Counted from the stretch's first letter, positions 15,533 through 25,204 are shown. The stretch: DNA of 61,347 nucleotides from an uncultured Candidatus Saccharibacteria bacterium (GCA_964646515.1 CAZYES010000002.1:1-61347), one strand, 5' to 3'. The notes: generated from the sequence alone by a model not told the origin. Made by a program: numbers and translations.

Positions 15533-15780
15533 CATTTGATCTGTACCCCCTAGTGAGTTTGTAAGCAACAGCAAGTCGCCTACGCGACTTGCGCGAGGGA
15601 TTCGAACAGCGAGCGATCTCCGAGCCAGCGGGCGAGGAGCGCGAGCTGGTGCCCAGGAAATGTGAGCGGGTAGCGAACATTTCCGAGGGCGAATCCTCGA
15701 TCGCGCACTGCTTCGCTCGCTATCGCGGGCTACGCAGTGCAAGCACCAGTCCTGCGTAGCTTTAGCGGAGCAGGACTAAT
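15533..15780 (+). repeat. GC-rich module V, 3' of tRNA-Val, containing a degenerate second copy of the tRNA 3' end
   Basis: GAATCCTCGATCGCGCAC (15691-15708) compares with the tRNA's GAATCCCTCATCGCGCAC (15516-15533), 175 nt upstream. An inverted T-arm copy TGCGCGAGGGATTCGAAC lies at 15590-15607. Hairpins lie at 15571-15592, 15704-15740 and 15748-15777. Confidence 0.7.
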
Positions 15781-15794
15781 TCGTAAGCGTCTGA

Positions 15795-17618
15795 TTACAT
15801 CTTCACCGCCGCAACCTTGTCCATCGGGAAGACAGAGCTAGTCAACACTTCGCAAAGTATACCTGGGCAAGCATTACTTGTTACTGGATAGAAACCGTAA
15901 TAACCCAAAGTACCAAGAGTGCCCAATCCATATATACCTTCTCCGGCCTGTGGTTGTATGGCCATTATTTCGTCCACTGTAGCAGGCCGATATCCCATCG
16001 CAGCTAGTCTCAAGGCAATTTCTTTTGGCTGTACGCCAAGTTTGTCTCTACCCAGAGCATCTATAATTGGAGAATCTGGCATTAATCTTTTGAACTGGAA
16101 CACTGTTACAGTAACCTCTTTCGGAGGAGTATCCTTAGCCTGAACAAGATTATTCATGTGCTTTCTACTAAAAAACAGGTCTTTGCCATAACGAACGTTG
16201 GCCGTATATGACTTGGCTATATATTCTGACGGTGACATAACCGGGCGAACGGGCACTATTATTATTTTCGTCTCGGGAGCATTCAGACTAAGTATTTTTT
16301 GTTTGTTATATTCTGGGGGAAGATTGGAAACATAATTACTATCCAAACACAGACCAAAGACGACTGGATTTCTATAAAGCCAATCGGCTGAACTATAGTA
16401 TCTTTGAACTCCTGAGCCCTTTTCAACGGCACCGGGCCTTGTCCCATATGATTTATACAACCAAGTAAATGGCACGTGCTCTACTACTGAACGTATGTAC
16501 AGTTTCTCTGGAGTTAGAAGTGAACTTGCTGTCGCTTGACCAGATTGGATCATTTCGTTTGCCTTCTCAAAACTTACCACATTCGTACAACCTTTCTCTA
16601 TATGATTGTACGACGCACCACCGGCTAGACCTATGGTACACCCTTCTGGTGGGCAATCCAGTGCAATATATTCACCCGAAGGATTCAGTGTCTCTTTGGC
16701 TTGTGAAATTCCTTGGATAGATTTGAGTGCCGACCTATATTCTGTTTGAGTAAACAATTTACCAGTATTTGGGTTTTTCTTCGTCATCCATGTGGTTGAA
16801 TCCCAAAAGAAATAATTTATGGAGTTATATACATGCCACTCACCAGGATAGGGATTACTCACTTTTGTACCATCAGCATTATTGCATATTACACTAAAAT
16901 CATTTGACTTGGCACCACCACATGAATAGTCATAATAAGTCGGAATGTTTACAGTCATATACTCCAAACCGTTTCGCTGTTTTACAGTGCTTGTAGCCAA
17001 CCAATCAGTTGCCCAGGTGGCCTTAGTTCTATAACTAAAAGTTGGCACGTTCAGCATAGACGCGAGAGAGACGGTATTACTAGTACCAGTGGTATTCGTA
17101 GTTGCGGTAGTAGTTGTATTGTATGGCCAAGAATTACTCGGCGTCAGAGAACCCAAGAGACTGTTCAACAAAGTTTGCCCGGCTCCCGAGTCAGTTTGAG
17201 ATGACTGGGTATTCTGATATGAAGCGGTAGTTACAGTGTTATTGGTGGCACCGGTAGTCTTCGGCGTACAAGTATAACCAGAGGGACAGTCAACACCTAT
17301 AGAATATGACGAGACCGTGTTCGTGGAATAGGACGATGTATTCGCTGGTAAATCCGAAGTATTACAGCTCTCTTGCTGTATAGCCGATCTGGTCAAAGCG
17401 CCAACATAACCCGTACCTTCTATGTTATGAGCTATCTGGTATCTTTTGACAGCACTCATAGTCATAGTACCAAAATAACCCGTTGGCTCTGTATCGAGAT
17501 AACCAGTGCGTACTAGATAATCTTGTAGAGCGGTCACATTGGTGCTGGTAGTACCTCTGCCAACATCAGCAGGAAATGGTGACACAAGAATTCTGGAGAT
17601 CACTACCCGATGGGTCAT
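15795..17618 (-). CDS. surface protein with a PG-binding-like domain; body of a gene whose signal peptide is out of frame
   Basis: ADVGRGTTSTNVTALQDYLVRTGYLD...GYFGTMTMSAVKRYQ is a PG_binding-type segment. The CPSGYTCTP motif is shared with ORF 4794..6962. See the frameshift finding. Confidence 0.65.
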   Translation of the reverse strand: MTHRVVISRILVSPFPADVGRGTTSTNVTALQDYLVRTGYLDTEPTGYFGTMTMSAVKRYQIAHNIEGTGYVGALTRSAIQQESCNTSDLPANTSSYSTNTVSSYSIGVDCPSGYTCTPKTTGATNNTVTTASYQNTQSSQTDSGAGQTLLNSLLGSLTPSNSWPYNTTTTATTNTTGTSNTVSLASMLNVPTFSYRTKATWATDWLATSTVKQRNGLEYMTVNIPTYYDYSCGGAKSNDFSVICNNADGTKVSNPYPGEWHVYNSINYFFWDSTTWMTKKNPNTGKLFTQTEYRSALKSIQGISQAKETLNPSGEYIALDCPPEGCTIGLAGGASYNHIEKGCTNVVSFEKANEMIQSGQATASSLLTPEKLYIRSVVEHVPFTWLYKSYGTRPGAVEKGSGVQRYYSSADWLYRNPVVFGLCLDSNYVSNLPPEYNKQKILSLNAPETKIIIVPVRPVMSPSEYIAKSYTANVRYGKDLFFSRKHMNNLVQAKDTPPKEVTVTVFQFKRLMPDSPIIDALGRDKLGVQPKEIALRLAAMGYRPATVDEIMAIQPQAGEGIYGLGTLGTLGYYGFYPVTSNACPGILCEVLTSSVFPMDKVAAVKM

Positions 17619-17718
17619 AGTCGCCTTCTAGAGCAAAAGTCGGTGAAAATGAGACCGTACATACAAAAAGAAACACTGCAAGGAGAATTAGGCTTACGCT
17701 AGTGATTGATTTTTTCAT
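17566..17718 (-). CDS. detached signal-peptide exon-like fragment of the same gene (+1 frame offset)
   Basis: ATG 17718 gives MKKSITSVSLILLAVFLFVCTVSFSPTFALEGDYDPSGSDLQNSCVTISC*. This is a textbook Sec signal peptide that stops at TGA 17568-17566 and overlaps the start of the 607-aa body ORF. Confidence 0.6.
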   Translation of the reverse strand: MKKSITSVSLILLAVFLFVCTVSFSPTFALEGDYDPSGSDLQNSCVTISC

Positions 17719-17845
17719 ATAATAAATTAACTAATGATAAACAAATAGGAGAACATCCTATGTACTGTATTATGACATATAGTCAGCGGGTTAGGGAGTG
17801 GGAGCCGTGGGGATAATAAATATCAGTAATATCTCCAATATAGTT

Positions 17846-20371
17846 TTACTTCATTTCTCCCCAATTTTTGCCAACCGATTTTGATGTTTTCAAAACCACG
17901 CCCCCAATATCCTTTGGATCGATAACTGACTCCATAATGTTTTTGATTTCCGAGACGACTTCTTTCTCCTTATTCTCCCTAACCTCATATACCAACTCAT
18001 CGTGCACTTGGAGCAAAGGAAAAACATCATTCTCTAATTTATTTTTCTTGATATATTCATGCACCTTGACCATCGCAAGCTTGATAACGTCCGCCCCCGT
18101 ACCCTGGATCGGCGCATTTATAGCCATGCGTTCGGCTCGTGCTTTGATATAAGGAATCTTTGACTTTACACCATCGAAATAGCGCCGTCTGCCAAAAAAT
18201 GTTTCTGTATAGCCTTTCAAATTTACTTCCGTCTTGATTTTATTCAAATAACCGGACAAGGTAGAAAAAGTATCAAAGTAATCATTCAAAAAATTTTGTG
18301 CCAGATCACGAGTGGTACCGAGATTTTGCTTCAAGGCCATAACACCCATACCATAAATGATCCCAAAATTGATAACCTTGGCTTTTCTGCGCATATCTGA
18401 CGTAACCTTATCTTGTGGAACTTTAAACACAAATGAAGCAACCGCTGAGTGGACATCCTCGCCTCTCTTGAAAATACCAATCATTTTTTCATCACCAGAA
18501 AGGAAGGCGGCAATACGCAACTCCACTTGTGAATAATCAAAACCTGCGAGAACAAACCCGTCATCGGCAATAAAAGCGTTGCGAATAGCTTTGCCTAGAT
18601 CAGATTTGATGGGAATATTTTGTAAGTTTGGATTCTGTGAAGCCATCCTGCCAGTTGTGGTACCAGAAGGAACAAAATCCGTATGTAGACGATCATTTTT
18701 GTCCAGAAGTGGTGGAATAGCGTCAATATAAGTCGAAAGAAGCTTCTGAAGTTCGCGATATTCAAATATCAATGGAACAATAGGATGAAGTTCTTTCAAT
18801 TTTTCCAACTCCGATTCCCTAGTCGACCTCGCACCGCCACTAGTTTTCTTGATATTCTTGGTCACCAGTTGGAGTTTGTCGAACAAAACCTCGCCCAATT
18901 GTTTGGGCGAATTGATGTTAAAAACCGCGCCGGCCAGTTCGTGTATTCTCTTTTCGAGCCTTGAAGATTCAGCATGATATGTCTCCGAAAGACTCTTTAG
19001 TACAGACCGATCGATTTTCACGCCACATTTTTCCATTTCGTGCGTAATTGAAATCAGTGGCAATTCAATATCTTCATAAACTTTTCGTAAACCTCTCTTA
19101 TCTAACTCAGCAAACACAAAACCTTTGGCTCGCTCGTAGTCTTCGGTGTTGGCAAAGTTTAAAATATCTTCCATAGTCGGGTTGGTCAAATCTGAGTTTA
19201 CGAGCCACAAGGCAAGAGAAGTTCTTTCGATGTCAGCTGTACTCACTGACGTTAATGATTTCACTCCTGCGCCTCTTTCTGGGTATTGTCCAATAACAGA
19301 CCCGCTCGCATTAGACAACGATTTGGTCGTATCTACGGAAAACGTGTCCGTCGCATCTACAAAACGTGACTCTGCTAGATTGCCCAAGACCTTCTTGAGC
19401 CTCTGCGTCAACGTGCGAAATTCTAGTTCCTGCCACAAAACATTTACTTTATCAACATCAACATTTTCCCTGAATTCTTTCTCTGGTAATTGAAAATTAA
19501 TAGGCACATCACGACGAATAGTGGCTAACATCTTGCTAAATTCGGCTTCTTCTTTATTATCTTTCAGCAACTGAATAATACGAGGCGTTATTCCGGCCTT
19601 TTTAAACTTGTCCTCATGGTTACCCTCTAATTCCTTGTAAATATTCTCAACCGTGCCAAATGTCGTAATCAAAATGGTCGCGGTCTTTTCACCAATACCC
19701 GGCACACCAACTATATTATCCGATGGGTCGCCACGCAGACCTTTATAATCAGCAATAAGTTCTGGACTAAAACCAAAACGAGCTTTCACGGCATCTTCGT
19801 CATACATAACTGTATCACTAATACCCTTCTTCAATGTGTAAACCTGAATATCTTTTCCGCTAACCAACTGCATCGTATCCATATCTCCCGAAGCAATGAT
19901 AATCTCTAAAGGTATCTGATCCCCAGATTTGTAATCAGTAGATTCTCGAGATCCAGAATCCGCCTTTTGCAATTTATTCTTTTTGTCCCCCCGTAACTGC
20001 TCCACAATTGTCCCCAGAATGTCGTCAGCTTCGAAACCTTGTCTGTCATATATTGGGATATTTAACGCGACGAAAATATCACGCGACCTTTTCATCTGTA
20101 CCACCAGATCGTCTTCGGCAGTCTTTCTTTGAGCTTTGTAAGCTTTGTAAGCTTCGTGGCGATATGTTGGTCCTTTCACGTCATAACAAGCAACAACATA
20201 ATCGGGCTTCAAATCCTCAAAAATTTTTATAAGCATGGCAGAAAGACCATAAAGTGCTCCCGTCGGTTCACCTTTGGCAGTGGAAAAATCAGGTAATGCA
20301 TGATAAGCACGGTGTAAAATGGCATGCGCGTCAAGCAAGACTAACCTCTTTTTCTTTTGGATAACCTGCAT
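17846..20371 (-). CDS. polA: DNA polymerase I
   Basis: 5'-nuclease N-terminus (LLDAHAILHRAYHA), and polymerase motifs DYSQVELRIAA and QVHDELV. Confidence 0.95.
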   Translation of the reverse strand: MQVIQKKKRLVLLDAHAILHRAYHALPDFSTAKGEPTGALYGLSAMLIKIFEDLKPDYVVACYDVKGPTYRHEAYKAYKAQRKTAEDDLVVQMKRSRDIFVALNIPIYDRQGFEADDILGTIVEQLRGDKKNKLQKADSGSRESTDYKSGDQIPLEIIIASGDMDTMQLVSGKDIQVYTLKKGISDTVMYDEDAVKARFGFSPELIADYKGLRGDPSDNIVGVPGIGEKTATILITTFGTVENIYKELEGNHEDKFKKAGITPRIIQLLKDNKEEAEFSKMLATIRRDVPINFQLPEKEFRENVDVDKVNVLWQELEFRTLTQRLKKVLGNLAESRFVDATDTFSVDTTKSLSNASGSVIGQYPERGAGVKSLTSVSTADIERTSLALWLVNSDLTNPTMEDILNFANTEDYERAKGFVFAELDKRGLRKVYEDIELPLISITHEMEKCGVKIDRSVLKSLSETYHAESSRLEKRIHELAGAVFNINSPKQLGEVLFDKLQLVTKNIKKTSGGARSTRESELEKLKELHPIVPLIFEYRELQKLLSTYIDAIPPLLDKNDRLHTDFVPSGTTTGRMASQNPNLQNIPIKSDLGKAIRNAFIADDGFVLAGFDYSQVELRIAAFLSGDEKMIGIFKRGEDVHSAVASFVFKVPQDKVTSDMRRKAKVINFGIIYGMGVMALKQNLGTTRDLAQNFLNDYFDTFSTLSGYLNKIKTEVNLKGYTETFFGRRRYFDGVKSKIPYIKARAERMAINAPIQGTGADVIKLAMVKVHEYIKKNKLENDVFPLLQVHDELVYEVRENKEKEVVSEIKNIMESVIDPKDIGGVVLKTSKSVGKNWGEMK

Positions 20372-20422
20372 AATAACAAAGGTATTGTAACACTAGAAAA
20401 CAAGATTCACCTTATATGCCGA

Positions 20423-20929
20423 TTAATTGGAAGTTATTATGTGATTGCCATCCACAATCTCAAATTGCAAAAACTCCGTAAATCTAGACCTGCCCATCCC
20501 CACATTTTCAGGCCATTCGATCATAACTAGGTTATAAGGATCTGAAACGATCCTTTCGAAATCAAGCGCCTGTAATTCTTGTTCTCTTTCCAACCTATAA
20601 GCATCGATGTGAACCAAACGACGCCATTTTTTGCCGTCTAATCGGTCACCGGATCTCTTGCCAATAGAACTAACTGCCAAGTCATTATCTGACAAATGAC
20701 CAGACTCATATATCTTCATGAGTACAAAAGTCGGACTAGTCACCTCCCCATCGACACCAAGCTCTTTCGCTACGCATTTGACAAACGCCGTCTTGCCAGC
20801 ACCCAAATGGCCAGACAATCCCACGATCAAAGCTTCATCTGACTTCACGCATCTATCCGAAACTTCCATCAGCCATTCCGTGGCGATTTTTTGCGTTTCT
20901 TCCAGAGAATGAGAAATGTTCGTTTTCAT
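20423..20929 (-). CDS. tsaE: tRNA t6A biosynthesis ATPase TsaE
   Basis: LSGHLGAGKTAFVKCVAKELGV...VTSPTFVL...HIDAYRL. Confidence 0.8.
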   Translation of the reverse strand: MKTNISHSLEETQKIATEWLMEVSDRCVKSDEALIVGLSGHLGAGKTAFVKCVAKELGVDGEVTSPTFVLMKIYESGHLSDNDLAVSSIGKRSGDRLDGKKWRRLVHIDAYRLEREQELQALDFERIVSDPYNLVMIEWPENVGMGRSRFTEFLQFEIVDGNHIITSN

Positions 20930-21066
20930 ATTTATATTGAAATAATACCTTACTTTGCCATCCGTGCAATTTATAGTTCCGACACTTCAAAACTACGCCC
21001 GATTTGGCTTGATCCCAAAGTAAGTTTCCGAGATCATATCAAGATTCGCATACCCGCACCAATACT

Positions 21067-21075
21067 TGCTATAAT
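21067..21075 (+). promoter_or_regulatory. extended -10 box TGcTATAAT, 8 nt upstream of the pilB-like ATG
   Basis: The sequence cttgcTATAATaatgtgcaATG is read directly. Confidence 0.5.
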
Positions 21076-21083
21076 AATGTGCA

Positions 21084-22757
21084 ATGACCATCGTTTTTGA
21101 CGAAGACAAACAAAAAAGAAAAATAAACGACCTTCTACGCAAAGAGGAAGAAGATTTGGTGCAAATACTTTCAGCCAAATATGGTGTCGAATACATCAAC
21201 CTCACGGTTACGCCCGTAAACGCCGATGCTATACGTATGATAGATGAAAAGTCCTCACGGGAAGCACAAACCGCAGCATTTGCTTTGTCTGATAAAAAAA
21301 TAAAGATCGCCTCAAGAAACCCCAACAGCGAAAAAACCCTAGCCATAATAGAAGACCTGAAAACAAAGGGTTATTTGCCAGAACTTTTCATTACCTCAAC
21401 GCAGAGCTTAGAAAAAGCCTGGAAAACATACAAAGACCTCTCCTTTGCCTACGAAAGCAAAGCCGGCGCGCTAGAAATCTCTAGCGAAGAGATAACCTCC
21501 ATCATTGCCCAAATCAAAGATCTGCCGACCATCATCTCAATTTTGCAAAATACTATGTCTGCGAACAAAAGCTACAGAGTCTCAAGAATACTGGAAACTG
21601 CCATAGCTGGCGCACTGGCAATCGACGCCTCCGACATACACTTCGAACCAGAAGAACTGTATGTTCGCCTACGCTATCGACTAGATGGCATATTGCAAGA
21701 CGTAATCAAGTTCGACAAAGAAACTTACGCCCTATTGCTTTCGCGCATAAAACTTATCTCTGGCATGAAATTGAACATCAAAAAAGACTCCCAGGATGGG
21801 AGATTCAGCATCCGCTTGGATATCGGGGATATTGAAGTACGTGTCTCAATACTTCCCGGTGCTTACAATGAATCGATCGTCATGCGTCTCTTGAACCCAA
21901 AATCAATCAGTGTCCCTCTCGAGGAGCTAGGCATCCCCGAAAATCTACTAGCAATCCTGATAAAAGAAACGCAGAGACCTGACGGCATGATCTTGACTAC
22001 CGGGCCAACAGGATCAGGAAAGACAACCACTCTCTACGCCTTTTTGAAAAAAATTCACACGTCTGACATAAAAATCATAACTATTGAAGATCCGATCGAA
22101 TATCATCTAGAAGGCATAGTACAAACACAGGTCAACGACAAAGGCTACAACTTTCTCGAAGGACTTCGCGCCGCCGTCCGCCAAGATCCAGACGTCATCA
22201 TGGTCGGTGAAATTCGCGACAACGAGACCGCGAACATCGCCATCAATTCCGCGCTAACTGGCCACTTGGTATTCTCTACGCTACACACCAACGACGCCGC
22301 CGGCACATTTCCCCGTCTGATCGATCTCGGAGTAAATTCAAAGGTCATCACTTCGGCCATCAGGGTGGCAATGGCGCAAAGATTGACGCGAAGACTCTGT
22401 GAATATTGCAAAAAAGAAGTCGCCCTGGAAAACGAAACTCAAAAAGAGATAGAACTAGTGGTAAATAGTATCGAGGATAAAACTATGATACCAAATGATA
22501 GAACAAAAATATGGGAGCCGGTGGGTTGCAACAAATGCAACAAAACCGGTTATAAAGGGCGTATCGGTATATATGAAGCCATCTTAAATAGCAAAGAGAT
22601 AGAAGACGCCGTGGAAAAGAACCCTAGCGAGAGAGAAATATGGACTGCCGCCAAAGGTCAGGGTATTTTGACTATGAAACAAGATGGTGTGATAAAAGTC
22701 CTAAAAGGAGTTACCTCATTCGAAGAGCTCGGTAGAGTAATATCTATGCAAGATTAA
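21084..22757 (+). CDS. pilB: GspE/PilB-family type II/IV secretion (type IV pilus assembly) ATPase
   Basis: Walker A GPTGSGKTTT, Walker B IMVGEIRD, His box, and tetra-Cys CEYCKK...CNKCNKTGYKGR. Confidence 0.9.
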   Translation: MTIVFDEDKQKRKINDLLRKEEEDLVQILSAKYGVEYINLTVTPVNADAIRMIDEKSSREAQTAAFALSDKKIKIASRNPNSEKTLAIIEDLKTKGYLPELFITSTQSLEKAWKTYKDLSFAYESKAGALEISSEEITSIIAQIKDLPTIISILQNTMSANKSYRVSRILETAIAGALAIDASDIHFEPEELYVRLRYRLDGILQDVIKFDKETYALLLSRIKLISGMKLNIKKDSQDGRFSIRLDIGDIEVRVSILPGAYNESIVMRLLNPKSISVPLEELGIPENLLAILIKETQRPDGMILTTGPTGSGKTTTLYAFLKKIHTSDIKIITIEDPIEYHLEGIVQTQVNDKGYNFLEGLRAAVRQDPDVIMVGEIRDNETANIAINSALTGHLVFSTLHTNDAAGTFPRLIDLGVNSKVITSAIRVAMAQRLTRRLCEYCKKEVALENETQKEIELVVNSIEDKTMIPNDRTKIWEPVGCNKCNKTGYKGRIGIYEAILNSKEIEDAVEKNPSEREIWTAAKGQGILTMKQDGVIKVLKGVTSFEELGRVISMQD

Positions 22758-22940
22758 ACTTGGTCAGCAAGAAATTGATAAAAACGCTTTGACAAAAACC
22801 TAAGTTTTTCAAAACAGCAAAAAACACCAGTGTCAATTTGCTTTTTTCCTGTGGACAGCGCTAGGATGCGACCAGTTAGTCATTTGTTGTCTGCAATACG
22901 CTCGCACACCTTTATTATTATATTAGCTAGTAGTCAAGCA

Positions 22941-23090
22941 CGAGAATCTCTAAGCAATATCATATCGCGTGATGCGTTATGCGAGGCACAGTCCCGAGGA
23001 TAATATCAGTAACTCCACGACAAGCGTGGTAACCAAGATGTCCTTAGTACTATGCCCAAACCTGGGAAGGCCATTGCTTAGAGGTTCTTG
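22941..23090 (+). ncRNA. candidate structured RNA of unknown class in the pilB-ruvB spacer
   Basis: An 18-bp closing helix pairs 22941-22958 with 23073-23090. Its two wobbles (G22942.T23089 and T22947.G23084) are valid pairs only on the plus strand. Nested helices: 22985-22992/23049-23056 and hairpin CCACG-ACAAG-CGTGG at 23015-23029. Confidence 0.4.
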
Positions 23091-23136
23091 GGCTCGAATG
23101 GATCGTTCACCAACATACTAGCATACCTTAATATAA

Positions 23137-24147
23137 ATGTCAAGAACTAGCCCCAAACAAACCGCCGAAGAGAAAGACGTCGGATTCCTCGACCAGACCT
23201 TGCGCCCATCGCGTTGGGATGAATATATAGGCCAAAAGAACATAAAAGACAACTTAAACATCCTCCTCACCGCCGCCAAAGAGCGCAAGCATCCGCCAGA
23301 ACACGTACTTTTTTATGGTCCACCTGGATTGGGCAAAACAACCTTGGCCCATTTGATCTCCAAAGAGACTGGAGCACAAATGAAGGTCACTTCTGGGCCA
23401 GCCATATTGAAAGTGGGCGACCTGGCTTCGGTCTTGACCAATCTATCCGCCGGCGACATCTTATTTATCGACGAAATACACCGACTCAATAAAGCCATCG
23501 AGGAAGTACTCTACCCCGCAATGGAAACTGGAGTACTGGATATTATCATAGGAAAGGGGCCATCGGCAAGAACTATTCAACTAGACCTTCCGCCATTCAC
23601 CCTCATCGCCGCAACTACACGGATTGCCATGATCTCTTCTCCATTACGCTCAAGATTCTCTGGGGGTGTATTCAAGCTTGAATTCTATTCAAATGCAGAA
23701 ATTTCCAGCATAATCAAACGCTCTGCTAAAATATTAGGAATAGAAATTCACCCCGAAGCCATAAACGAAATCGCTGTCCGTTCGAGATTTACCCCACGTA
23801 CCGCCAACTACCACCTGAAAAGGTGCCGAGATTATGCACAGATCAACAAAACAACATTGACCAAAGACGTCGTCGAGAAGGCCCTGGCGATGCTCGGCGT
23901 AGATATCATCGGCTTGACTTCTGCGGACCGTGATATCTTGAAAACAATTATAAACAAATTTGGCGGTGGCCCAGTCGGCTTGAATACCATTGCTGCCGCA
24001 TTATCTGAAGAGCAAGCAACCGTGGAAGAAGTCTACGAGCCATACCTGATCCAACTAGGTCTACTAGAAAGAACTTCACGAGGCAGAACAGCCACTCAAA
24101 AAGCCTACGAACACCTAGGTATAAAAGATGTAGCCAAATTATTATAA
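23137..24147 (+). CDS. ruvB: Holliday junction branch-migration helicase RuvB
   Basis: GPPGLGKTTLA, LFIDEIHRL, and overall RuvB collinearity. Confidence 0.95.
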   Translation: MSRTSPKQTAEEKDVGFLDQTLRPSRWDEYIGQKNIKDNLNILLTAAKERKHPPEHVLFYGPPGLGKTTLAHLISKETGAQMKVTSGPAILKVGDLASVLTNLSAGDILFIDEIHRLNKAIEEVLYPAMETGVLDIIIGKGPSARTIQLDLPPFTLIAATTRIAMISSPLRSRFSGGVFKLEFYSNAEISSIIKRSAKILGIEIHPEAINEIAVRSRFTPRTANYHLKRCRDYAQINKTTLTKDVVEKALAMLGVDIIGLTSADRDILKTIINKFGGGPVGLNTIAAALSEEQATVEEVYEPYLIQLGLLERTSRGRTATQKAYEHLGIKDVAKLL

Positions 24148-24174
24148 TTTTTTATATCAATCTAATATAACTCT

Positions 24175-24702
24175 ATGTCAGGACACAATAAATTTTCAAA
24201 AATAAAACATCTGAAAGCCAAGAACGATGCCCAGAGGAGCAAACACTTCAGCAAACTTGTCCGTATGATAACTGTCGAAGCCAAGGAGGCCAAAGGCAAT
24301 CTCTCATCTCCCGGATTGGCGGCCGCTATTGACAAAGCACGTAAAGAAAATATGCCCAACGACACGATCGAACGTGCCATCAAAAAAGCAAACGACAACA
24401 GCACCGTCATGGAATCGATCACTTATGAGACTTACGGACCAGGTGGTGTGGCAATGCTCATCCACGCTTTGACAGACAATAAAAACCGTGCCGCGCAAGA
24501 AATAAAACATATTATTTCGAAACATGGATTCGAACTCGCCTCTCCCGGTAGTGCTTCTTGGGCATTCAAGAAATCCCATAACGGATGGGAGGCTACAACA
24601 ACCATCCCCCTAGAAGACACCGACATTGAGCTTCTCTCAAAAATGGTGGAAGATTTAGAAAATAACGAAGACGTACAAGAAATATTTACGAATGCCGAAT
24701 AA
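24175..24702 (+). CDS. yebC: YebC/PmpR-family regulator (short form, 175 aa)
   Basis: MSGHNKFSKIKHLKAKNDAQRSK...MPNDTIERAIKKA. Confidence 0.8.
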   Translation: MSGHNKFSKIKHLKAKNDAQRSKHFSKLVRMITVEAKEAKGNLSSPGLAAAIDKARKENMPNDTIERAIKKANDNSTVMESITYETYGPGGVAMLIHALTDNKNRAAQEIKHIISKHGFELASPGSASWAFKKSHNGWEATTTIPLEDTDIELLSKMVEDLENNEDVQEIFTNAE

Positions 24703-25204
24703 CCGAACAAAAATACTCGGGATTGACCCGGGCTACGACCGAATAGGCATAGCTATCATAGAAAAAGCACCAAAGACAAAAGAACTTGTACTATATTCCG
24801 ATTGCCTACAAACATCGGCAAAAGATCACATTTACAAAAGATTCTTGGAAATAGGCGCTGAAATTGACCGCGTACTCGACAGATTTGAGCCAGACGCCGT
24901 AGCCATAGAAACACTTTTCATCACTAGGAATCAAAAAACCGCCATGCGCGTATCCGAAGTGCGCGGTATCATAATCTATCAATCGATAAAAAGAAACATT
25001 CCCGTATTCGAATATAGCCCCATGCAGATAAAAACCGCCATCACCGGCGATGGTACGAGCGACAAGACTCGAATGGTAAAAATGGTCGAATTGCTCGTCA
25101 AACTACCAAAAGGTGCAACCAAAAAAACAAGTAATAAAAAAGATGACGAATATGACGCCATCGCCGTAGCGCTTGCTCATTCCGCATACCAAAAACAAAT
25201 ATAG
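24692..25204 (+). CDS. ruvC: Holliday junction resolvase RuvC
   Basis: ILGIDPGYDRIGIAII...AIETLF...DEYDAIAVALAH. 11-nt overlap with yebC. Confidence 0.9.
   Translation: MPNNRTKILGIDPGYDRIGIAIIEKAPKTKELVLYSDCLQTSAKDHIYKRFLEIGAEIDRVLDRFEPDAVAIETLFITRNQKTAMRVSEVRGIIIYQSIKRNIPVFEYSPMQIKTAITGDGTSDKTRMVKMVELLVKLPKGATKKTSNKKDDEYDAIAVALAHSAYQKQI

Noticed and set aside
15374-15742. N-terminal 123-aa extension of the RluD ORF
   Set aside because: The extension reads antisense through tRNA-Val and module V. The canonical pseudouridine synthase begins at the internal ATG at 15373.
20993-21346. ORF 20993..21346(-) and the many other 60-190-aa ORFs antisense to large conserved genes
   Set aside because: They are fully contained within, and antisense to, genes with unambiguous identities (pilB, polA, pcrA, pnp, virB4 and others). 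The translations are low-complexity Ser/Phe/Leu-rich, as is typical of antisense AT-rich coding DNA.
22941-23090. 5S rRNA or SRP RNA identity for the structured spacer RNA
   Set aside because: It lacks the 5S CCGAAC/loop E elements and the SRP GGAAGCAGC/GNRA domain IV motif. Kept only as an unclassified candidate.
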